IMG/VR virus record: IMGVR_UViG_3300028920_000032 | Location: 32,001-96,000 of that record | DNA: 64,000 nucleotides | From: a virus | Reading direction: 5' to 3' (one strand) | Shown here: positions 48,268 through 55,594 of the stretch, in pieces | Layout of the letters: each line of letters starts with the position of its first letter | Position numbering within the stretch: position 1 is the stretch's first letter | The notes under the pieces: model-generated | Told to the model about the DNA's origin: nothing | What the model saw: the letters and a program-made list of their open reading frames with translations, nothing else | Databases searched by the model: none | Made by a program: the position numbers and the translations under genes

Positions 48268-49540
48268 TTGCTTCCTCCTTATTATTTATTTTGTTTTCAA
48301 GTTGTAAATCTACAACTTCATTTAATATTTCTTTAAATAGTGGTCCGGGTTTAAAACCTAACTCAATAAGATCATGTCCAGTTACTAATGGACTCGGCTT
48401 AATTTCTTCTGGAGTCCACTCATTTAATTTCTTTTCTAAGAAATCAGCATGAGAAGTGTCACCATGTGAACTTGCTTTATCAGCTCGCATTACTTTAATC
48501 AAATCTTCTATATAAGGATGTGCCAATAGTTTCTTTAGTTTAGAAGTTTTCAATTTAATCGGATTAACCATATGATTATAAACTAACCAGCAAATATGTT
48601 CAATCTCTTCATTTGAAAATCTAAGTTCTTCAAGAGCTTTTCTAGTAATATCAGCACCAACCTTATGATGTCCTCTTGTAGTAATTCGACCATCGACAAC
48701 TTTATGAGTAGCTGGTTTACCGACATCATGAAATAGTGTGGCTAATTTAATAATATAAGATTCATCTCTTACAAGTTCTAATGCTCGAAATGTATGTATT
48801 AGAGCGTTACCTTCTGGATGCCATTTTGGGTCTTGCTCTTCGTTTTCTAACATGGCAATATCGGGAAATATATACCACAATATATGAGTATCAATTAGAA
48901 GATGTAGAAAAGAATGTGGATGTCTATATTCTAGACATTTAACTATTTCTTCTCGTATTCTTTCAGGAGCAATTTGTTTAATATTTATTCCATTACCACG
49001 AACTGCAGTATAAGATAAAAAATCTACTGTCGGAAATTCTAACTTGATTGCAAATCTTATAAATCTTAATATTCTCAATTTGTCTTCATCAATTCTGTCG
49101 TCTGGATTTCCAACAAAGCGTAAAATTTTATTTTTAATATCATCTTGCCCACCAACAAAGTCATATATCTTATCTGCAATCGGATCATAGAATAAGGCGT
49201 TGCAAGTAAAATCTCTTCTTTTAGCATCTTCTTCCATAGTTGAAAATGTAACCGAATTGGGCCTGCGACCATCAGTATAGTCGCCGTCGCTACGAAATGT
49301 GGCCACTTCAAAATCTACTCCATTTACTCTGATGAGAATAACTCCAAATGCTTTACCGACTGATTTTGTATATTTAAATAAAGCTTCTACTTGATCTGGT
49401 GTTGCTGATGTGGCAATATCATAGTCATGTGGTGTTTTGCCTAGTAGCATGTCTCTGATTGCTCCACCTGCAAATACAGCTTGATAGCCGTTTTTTTGGA
49501 GTCTTTTAATTATTTTTATTGCACTTTTCTTAATGTTCAT
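48224..49540 (-). CDS. cca: CCA tRNA nucleotidyltransferase with HD domain
   Basis: GGAIRD, DYDIAT, EVATFR, RRDFTCNA, EDKLRILR, ERIREE, HPEG..LIH, LFHDVGKP. Confidence 0.92.
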   Translation of the reverse strand: MNIKKSAIKIIKRLQKNGYQAVFAGGAIRDMLLGKTPHDYDIATSATPDQVEALFKYTKSVGKAFGVILIRVNGVDFEVATFRSDGDYTDGRRPNSVTFSTMEEDAKRRDFTCNALFYDPIADKIYDFVGGQDDIKNKILRFVGNPDDRIDEDKLRILRFIRFAIKLEFPTVDFLSYTAVRGNGINIKQIAPERIREEIVKCLEYRHPHSFLHLLIDTHILWYIFPDIAMLENEEQDPKWHPEGNALIHTFRALELVRDESYIIKLATLFHDVGKPATHKVVDGRITTRGHHKVGADITRKALEELRFSNEEIEHICWLVYNHMVNPIKLKTSKLKKLLAHPYIEDLIKVMRADKASSHGDTSHADFLEKKLNEWTPEEIKPSPLVTGHDLIELGFKPGPLFKEILNEVVDLQLENKINNKEEAIGHIKRKFQTNMSI

Positions 49541-49563
49541 AGTTTAATTATAGTTTCTTATCG

Positions 49564-49667
49564 AAACTTGCGTCTTGTACTTCTAACCACTTAAGTGACT
49601 CATGTGACCACCGGCTATTATGTACATTTGGCTTCCACTTTTTGTATGTTCGATCTAGCGCAAGTTT
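49564..49667 (-). ncRNA. Candidate structured non-coding RNA (about 104 nt)
   Basis: ORF-free, GC-enriched gap closed by a perfect 9-bp stem AAACTTGCG/CGCAAGTTT with a nested hairpin on the minus strand. Confidence 0.4.
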
Positions 49668-49671
49668 TGTT

Positions 49672-49950
49672 TTATCTTTTTTTGTGAATCTCATCTTTAA
49701 ATTCCTGATAATGTTTTAATAGTTCTGGATCGTAATCTTTTGGTAAAAAATACTTGTAATCACAAAAATTATATTCGTCAATTACCATTCCTGAATGTTC
49801 TGGGTGCGTACAAACAATCCAATCTGATTTTACATGACAGTTAGAATAAAAGCAACCTTCGCATTTTATATTTCTAAGCATTGCTTTGGTTTTAGTATTC
49901 CGTTTTTTATCACTCAAATGAAATCCTCGGCTTAATAGCAACTTTACCAC
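49672..49950 (-). CDS. Small Cys-rich protein (TKAMLR-CxxC)
   Basis: KTKAMLRNIKCEGC; start possibly TTG at 49917. Confidence 0.6.
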   Translation of the reverse strand: MVKLLLSRGFHLSDKKRNTKTKAMLRNIKCEGCFYSNCHVKSDWIVCTHPEHSGMVIDEYNFCDYKYFLPKDYDPELLKHYQEFKDEIHKKR

Positions 49951-50368
49951 CAGCAGAAGTCAATTCGAAAGGAGCATCTGTAAATCTTTCTGCCCATAAC
50001 AATATATGTTTTTTTTCATTTATGATTATATATCCATAATATTTTCTTGCGTCTTTAATGTTAAAAATAACTTCTTGATGCTCAGCACAATATTTATTTT
50101 TTATTTGATCTGAACCACAAGTCCATTCTTTTAATTCAAAGCTTTCAGCAGTAGTAATATAGTCATTTATTTGATCATGTTTAGTTGGATACCAGTCATT
50201 AGAATATAAATATATTCTAGTATCTTTTGTGATATGCTCTAAAACTTCTTTTAAAAGTTGATAATTTACTACTAATCCAAATAGCGCACGCGGTTTATTT
50301 TTAAGTGCTTTCCCAGCCAACTTGCGTAGTTTCATTTTAGTTTCTTCTTTTTTGCTTAATCTTAGCAT
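49910..50368 (-). CDS. Hypothetical protein with KKEETKMKLR tag
   Basis: ORF in operon. Confidence 0.55.
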   Translation of the reverse strand: MLRLSKKEETKMKLRKLAGKALKNKPRALFGLVVNYQLLKEVLEHITKDTRIYLYSNDWYPTKHDQINDYITTAESFELKEWTCGSDQIKNKYCAEHQEVIFNIKDARKYYGYIIINEKKHILLWAERFTDAPFELTSAGGKVAIKPRISFE

Positions 50369-50377
50369 GTAAAATTC

Positions 50378-50557
50378 CTATTGAACAAATAGTTCTTTGA
50401 AATATTCATAATTACACCTCATCTCAAACGCTCTAACATTAATATCAAACTTAGTACAACTTCCAGCATCAATAATACAAGACAAATTGCTTAAAAAATG
50501 TGCACATTGGAAACATTTTCTTTCTCTAAGCATTGCTTTGGTGTTTTCTTTTGTCAT
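50378..50557 (-). CDS. Small Cys-rich protein (MTKENTKAMLRERKCFQC)
   Basis: Motif family member. Confidence 0.6.
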   Translation of the reverse strand: MTKENTKAMLRERKCFQCAHFLSNLSCIIDAGSCTKFDINVRAFEMRCNYEYFKELFVQ

Positions 50558-50729
50558 AAATTGGATCCCTATGATAACGTTCATAATTACACAAGCAATT
50601 ATTTTTTATAGCTTCTTTATAAACTTTACAATACAATACAGAATCTCTGTTAGTTATAATTGCCGTACTATATATACAAGTTGTACAGTGCGCATTTCTT
50701 AATGCAGCTTTAAGTTGTTCTTTTGTCAA
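50526..50729 (-). CDS. Small Cys-rich protein (MTKEQLKAALRNAHCTTC)
   Basis: Motif family member. Confidence 0.6.
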   Translation of the reverse strand: MTKEQLKAALRNAHCTTCIYSTAIITNRDSVLYCKVYKEAIKNNCLCNYERYHRDPIYDKRKHQSNA

Positions 50730-51979
50730 AAGAATTTTAACCTTGTTTTTCTGGCTGGATTTAAAAATCTCTCAAAGATGAATTTATTTTTTATAGGATC
50801 TAACTTAGTTATACCCATAAGATATGTTACAAGTGAAGCCGAAACCGACCCTCTTCCCGGTCCAATGGCAATATTTTCTTTTCGACAAAAATTTACTATG
50901 TCATTAATTAAAAGAAAATAATCTATTAGCTCCATATTTTTGATTGTTTGCAATTCATGTTCTACTCTGTCCATATAAAATTCAACTTCATCTTTTGGTA
51001 TATAACCTTGCTTTAGCTTTTCTTCAAATCCATTAATAACTATTTCTTGTAATTTTTCCATGCCTTTTGTATAATGTGGTAATCTTGGTGGATGTTCTAG
51101 ATAAACCTCTTCGATAGTATTAGTTATTAAGTCTGTGTTTTTAACAGATTGAATAAAAACTTCTTCAGTAAAAATTGGATCATTTTTATATAACTCATTC
51201 CAGTTTGCATATAATTCTTGTTCAGTTTTTAACCACAAATCTTGAGCAGTAAAACTCCAGCCTTTGCCTTCTTCTAAATCTTTTACAGTTTTCTTGCTTT
51301 GAAGCAATAAAGAAAGTTGATGTTCATGACTGTCTTCAGGTGTTAAGTAATGTGCATCATTTGTTATTATAGTAGGAACATTATGTTTCTTGGCTATCTG
51401 TATTAACTGAATATTCATTTTAGTCTGCTCTTCCCAATCCATTATTTGTAGTTCAATAAAAAATCTATTTGGAAAATGTTTTTTCATAAGTTTTATGAAG
51501 TTATCAGCTTCTGCAATATTCTTTGTCACAAGAAACTGAGATAATGTGCCTCTCATGCAAGCTGTGGCTGCTATAACACCTTCACTATGTTCAAATAAAT
51601 ATTCATAATCCATAATTGGTTTTCTGTAGAAATGTTTCCAAGAATCATTATGTATTTTTATAATATTTCTATAACCAATTTCATTCTGAGCTATTAATAC
51701 AATATGATCAGGCTTACCATCTTTTTCAACTAAAAAATTTTCTCTGTCTAAACGAATATATCCTTCAATACCAAATATTGGAATAAGTTTGTTTTTTCTA
51801 CACTGATTATAAAGCTCGATCCAACCCCCGATTGAACCGTGATCGGTGATGGGTACATATTTCTTGTTATTGTCAAGAGCGTGTTTCACTAAATCACTAG
51901 TTTTCATAATACCATCACGAAGTGAATCTATGCTGTGTACGTGCAAATTGATATAATTTGAGTTTATTTTTATTTTCAT
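50726..51979 (-). CDS. dnaE: DNA polymerase III alpha, N-terminal half (PHP domain plus first part of palm)
   Basis: LHVHS...DG, TDHG, GIEGY, TNDAHY, GPGRGS, FERFLNPAR then stop 7 residues later. Confidence 0.92.
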   Translation of the reverse strand: MKIKINSNYINLHVHSIDSLRDGIMKTSDLVKHALDNNKKYVPITDHGSIGGWIELYNQCRKNKLIPIFGIEGYIRLDRENFLVEKDGKPDHIVLIAQNEIGYRNIIKIHNDSWKHFYRKPIMDYEYLFEHSEGVIAATACMRGTLSQFLVTKNIAEADNFIKLMKKHFPNRFFIELQIMDWEEQTKMNIQLIQIAKKHNVPTIITNDAHYLTPEDSHEHQLSLLLQSKKTVKDLEEGKGWSFTAQDLWLKTEQELYANWNELYKNDPIFTEEVFIQSVKNTDLITNTIEEVYLEHPPRLPHYTKGMEKLQEIVINGFEEKLKQGYIPKDEVEFYMDRVEHELQTIKNMELIDYFLLINDIVNFCRKENIAIGPGRGSVSASLVTYLMGITKLDPIKNKFIFERFLNPARKTRLKFF

Positions 51980-52008
51980 GTAAATATATATGTCACATAT
52001 TTTTATAT
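51980..52008. promoter_or_regulatory. Back-to-back ACATA-N9-ATG elements for dnaE-N (-) and the endonuclease (+)
   Basis: TATGT-C-ACATA quasi-palindrome; each ACATA is exactly 9 nt from an ATG. Confidence 0.6.
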
Positions 52009-52788
52009 ATGATTAAGCATATATGTAAAATTTGTAAAAAAGTTTTTTACACAAAAAAGAAAAAAAGTAAATATTGTTCACGAAAGTGTTATTACGTTTG
52101 GAATAAAGGAAATAACCCTATGAAGGGTAGAAAACATTCAAAAGAAGCAAAGCGAAAAATTAGTAAAAGTAGCAAAGGTAATCAGTATGCTAAAGGATAT
52201 AAACACACAAAAGAAGCTATTGAAAAAATTAGAAATTCTGCTACTGGAAGGAAACATGCAAAAGAATATATTAATAAAATGAAAAAACGTAAAGGCAAAA
52301 ACAACCCATTTTTTGGTAAAAAGCATTCAAAAGAAACTAAAGAAAAATGGTCGAGGAGTGGTAAAAATAATAGTATGTATGGGAAAAAACATACAGAAAA
52401 ATTTAAAAAAGAACAATCATTAAGAGCAAGAAAAAATTTTTATAAAATGTTGAAGAAAATAAATAAAAATTATCATCCTTCTTATAACATTAATGCATGC
52501 AAATGGTTTGAACAATTTGATAGAATAAAAAACACTATCGGTAAATATGCAACAAATGGTGGTGAATTTTATATAAAAGAATTAGGCTACTGGCTTGATT
52601 ATATAAACCACGAATTAAAAATTATAATCGAGTGGGATGAGGAAAGACATTATAGATATAATAAATTAAAAAAGAAAGACATAAAAAGACAAAAAGAAAT
52701 AGAAAAACATTTTCCAAAATATAGATTTTTCAGAATTCGTGAGTCAGAAGCTATTTTAGTTGAAGATTTTACGAAAATTTTAAAATAA
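52009..52788 (+). CDS. Free-standing homing endonuclease: Zn finger, NUMOD3 repeats, Vsr/PD-(D/E)xK-like domain
   Basis: CKIC..YCSRKC; GRKHSKEAKRKIS repeats; GYWLDY...IIIEWDEERH. Confidence 0.82.
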   Translation: MIKHICKICKKVFYTKKKKSKYCSRKCYYVWNKGNNPMKGRKHSKEAKRKISKSSKGNQYAKGYKHTKEAIEKIRNSATGRKHAKEYINKMKKRKGKNNPFFGKKHSKETKEKWSRSGKNNSMYGKKHTEKFKKEQSLRARKNFYKMLKKINKNYHPSYNINACKWFEQFDRIKNTIGKYATNGGEFYIKELGYWLDYINHELKIIIEWDEERHYRYNKLKKKDIKRQKEIEKHFPKYRFFRIRESEAILVEDFTKILK

Positions 52789-53237
52789 TAGCAGACAGAT
52801 AAGATTATTGTTTAATAAACGTCTACAGTTTTTCCATTGTTATTTAGTAAATAAATTTTATATTTAGAATCTACCCATATTTCTTCTTGATTTCCAGAAA
52901 CATAAGTAACAAGAATTCTTGTTATATATCTTATATTCTCTTCTATTTTGGATCTAAACTCAAAAATGATTTTATAGCCAACCCAACCCATTTCGCCTTC
53001 ACCAGTTATAAAATATCCGACATCATCATCGTGTTGATATATAATTGGCGGATGAGCTGCTTCTTGGTTATTTTTATCCAGTAAATTGCATGAGGCTACG
53101 CTAAACTTTTGTTTTTCTGATACCTCTACACTTTTAATATCGTCAAAATAAAAAGTGTTATTGTTGCTTTTGTAATTTTCTACAATCTTTAAAATCATGT
53201 CTTCCTCCTTAATTTCTGTCTATCTATCTGTCTGCTA
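52789..53237. repeat. Perfect 13-bp inverted repeat TAGCAGACAGATA / TATCTGTCTGCTA flanking one gene
   Basis: Arms at 52789-52801 and 53225-53237. Confidence 0.88.
52812..53198 (-). CDS. Hypothetical protein (MILKI...YLLNNNGKTVD)
   Basis: AAGGAGG SD and GCATA motif at 53246-53250. Confidence 0.7.
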   Translation of the reverse strand: MILKIVENYKSNNNTFYFDDIKSVEVSEKQKFSVASCNLLDKNNQEAAHPPIIYQHDDDVGYFITGEGEMGWVGYKIIFEFRSKIEENIRYITRILVTYVSGNQEEIWVDSKYKIYLLNNNGKTVDVY

Positions 53238-53252
53238 GAATTAAATATGCAT

Positions 53253-53600
53253 TTAAAGTCTAAACTTAATTATTATAATGTCATCTTCTTTTGGATCTCT
53301 TTTATAAGTAAAAGCTATTGCAAAAATTGGCTCTCCAATGGAGTCTAAATCCGGAGCGCACATAATAATTTTTGAGCTTCTTATAGAATTTGGCCATTTA
53401 GATGTTTCAATTTCTTTTAATGATTTCTCGATCATATCAACCACTGTTCTAAAAAACATATTTTCACTTTTAATACTAAAAATATCTTTATGATAAAATG
53501 TAGAGATTTTCAGTATCTGCTCGAATACTTCATCTAAGTCTGGATATTTTAGAGTCATCTTAGTATACCATTTTTTATTTACAGTTTGTGTTTTCGTCAT
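53253..53600 (-). CDS. Hypothetical protein
   Basis: ORF in operon. Confidence 0.55.
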   Translation of the reverse strand: MTKTQTVNKKWYTKMTLKYPDLDEVFEQILKISTFYHKDIFSIKSENMFFRTVVDMIEKSLKEIETSKWPNSIRSSKIIMCAPDLDSIGEPIFAIAFTYKRDPKEDDIIIIKFRL

Positions 53601-53603
53601 ATT

Positions 53604-53957
53604 CTATATTTTCAATACAATTGTTTTAAGTGTGGTATTTGGTGCTATCCTATAACGCACTGTATATCTAATAGTATTACTGTCAATAAAAGCTGGCAGT
53701 GTAAACCCAACAATCTCATACTCAATATTTTTATTATAGTATTTTAAATTTTCCATTACATCTTGTAGTTGACCTTTTATTTCACATAACAACATATTAG
53801 TAAGTGATTTATATAAATTCTCTCTTTTTATAATATTCATATAAGCAATTATTTCTACTGCTACATAGTCGCTATTACTATGGCGCAAACTTGCTTTTGT
53901 ACGTTCTTTTTTCATTAAATCATTGTGTTGATAATAATTATTAGGTATTAAACTCAT
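53604..53957 (-). CDS. Hypothetical protein with KKERTKASLR tag
   Basis: ORF in operon. Confidence 0.55.
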   Translation of the reverse strand: MSLIPNNYYQHNDLMKKERTKASLRHSNSDYVAVEIIAYMNIIKRENLYKSLTNMLLCEIKGQLQDVMENLKYYNKNIEYEIVGFTLPAFIDSNTIRYTVRYRIAPNTTLKTIVLKI

Positions 53958-54262
53958 TTTAGTCCTTGTTCATCTTCAACATCTTTTATGAATTGTCTCA
54001 TATATCCTTTTAGTTCTTCAAACTGTTCTTCACTGTATGATTTAATGTCATGACTAAACATATCACCACGTTTTTCGCTTTCTATCATTGCTTCTTTTGT
54101 TAGCTCAATGCACTTATCAATATCTTCTTTTAATTCTTTATAAGTAAATGCACGAACTGTACAAATCTCAAATATTTGTTTATTGCGTTCTATTGGATCA
54201 ATTTTTGAGTATGAAGCCCAGAATGTATACCAAACTGAACCACCCCATCTGCTATAACTCAT
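53954..54262 (-). CDS. Hypothetical phage protein (MSYSRW...WYTFW)
   Basis: ORF with GAGAGG SD. Confidence 0.6.
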   Translation of the reverse strand: MSYSRWGGSVWYTFWASYSKIDPIERNKQIFEICTVRAFTYKELKEDIDKCIELTKEAMIESEKRGDMFSHDIKSYSEEQFEELKGYMRQFIKDVEDEQGLK

Positions 54263-54276
54263 TTCTTTTTCCTCTC

Positions 54277-54531
54277 TTAATGATATAGTGCATCACAATT
54301 TATGCGATACTCTCCATTTTCCCATAAAGATTTATGGTCTATTAAATCAGTAAGCTTTACTTTTTTACCATTTCTTTTTATTTGAGGTCGGAAATTTCCA
54401 TCGCCATCTGAGTAAAAGCAAACCCAGCGACTACCACCGACATTTCCCAAATGTTGCATTTGAGCAAATAAAGATTCTAATGCTAAAGCTTGAGCTTCAT
54501 CAATGTTGTCAAATTCAAATTTTACTTTCAT
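54277..54531 (-). CDS. Hypothetical phage protein (GGSRWVCFYSDGDGNFRP)
   Basis: ORF with AGGAG SD. Confidence 0.6.
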   Translation of the reverse strand: MKVKFEFDNIDEAQALALESLFAQMQHLGNVGGSRWVCFYSDGDGNFRPQIKRNGKKVKLTDLIDHKSLWENGEYRINCDALYH

Positions 54532-54764
54532 ATTAATCTCCTACACTTACTTCTTTTTCTTCATAATTATATATGTCATCATTATCAATCAGTTTGTCTA
54601 AAGCACCTTCAATTGCATTATCTATACGGTTGTTAACTTCGCGATCTATAAGAGGTGTGTCGATTTTTAATGTGATAGTAACTTTCCTCCAATTATTACA
54701 AATTTTCATGTTATTCTCCTATACACAAATATGTCATTATAAATTGAGATATAAGTTTTATAGA

Positions 54765-55211
54765 TTATTTATTTTCGTTTAACTTCTTTGCTTTTATTAA
54801 TAGAGGTTTCATATAACTATAGCAAATTTCTATAGCTTCTTCAAATGATATGAAAGCTGCATAGTCAATTTCATCTTTTTGTATATTAATTGCTTTCTTG
54901 TCAGACAGTTTGCCACCAGTATATTTTGCTAAAAATCCATGTACCGATTTGTCTTTTCTTGTGACTCTACCGACGTATTCAATTATTCGGCACTTGATTC
55001 CAGTTTCTTCTTGTGTTTCACGCAAAGCTGCTTCTTCAACTTTTTCACCAAAATTAACATGGCCTTTAGGGAAACCCATCTTTTTATTTTTCCAAGAAGA
55101 GCCAGTTGCATGCACCATAAGAACATGAGGTATACCATCAAAATCTTTAACGATAATACAGCCAGCTGAGACTTTTTTATTTATTCTGGCAAATACTTCA
55201 TCTAACTTCAT
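54765..55211 (-). CDS. Nudix hydrolase (Ap4A-hydrolase-like)
   Basis: SAGCII, FPKGHVNFGEKVEEAALRETQEETG Nudix box. Confidence 0.92.
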   Translation of the reverse strand: MKLDEVFARINKKVSAGCIIVKDFDGIPHVLMVHATGSSWKNKKMGFPKGHVNFGEKVEEAALRETQEETGIKCRIIEYVGRVTRKDKSVHGFLAKYTGGKLSDKKAINIQKDEIDYAAFISFEEAIEICYSYMKPLLIKAKKLNENK

Positions 55212-55546
55212 TTTACTACCTTAAATATTTGGTTGAGCATATTAAAAATCAACTTGTGCCTATTTTCATGTTTGCAAAATGTTATATTATTTTTGTTCTC
55301 ATATGCTTTTTTTACTATATCTGACCAAGTAAACCAACCATGCGTTCTTGGTAAAGAGCCTTTATATATTCGATAGTTAGGATCAATTTTAATTTCATTA
55401 AAAGTTTTTGACAACCTTACTTTTATACAATAGATATATTCTTTGTCTTTTCGTTGAATAAAATAATATTCAAAATCTACATCAGTTATATTATATCTAA
55501 AAGAATCACCAATTTTTAAATCTTTAAGAAACTTTGGAATAGTCAT
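55208..55546 (-). CDS. Hypothetical protein with HKLIFNMLNQIF tag
   Basis: ORF preceded by two AAGATAA motifs. Confidence 0.55.
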   Translation of the reverse strand: MTIPKFLKDLKIGDSFRYNITDVDFEYYFIQRKDKEYIYCIKVRLSKTFNEIKIDPNYRIYKGSLPRTHGWFTWSDIVKKAYENKNNITFCKHENRHKLIFNMLNQIFKVVK

Positions 55547-55594
55547 GTATTTATCTTACAACTTTATCTTAAAAAAAAGAATATAACAAGAATT

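Noticed and set aside
49564-49667. tRNA (GTTCGATC resembles a T-loop on the plus strand)
   Set aside because: No T-stem, D-arm or proper 7-bp acceptor stem can be built.
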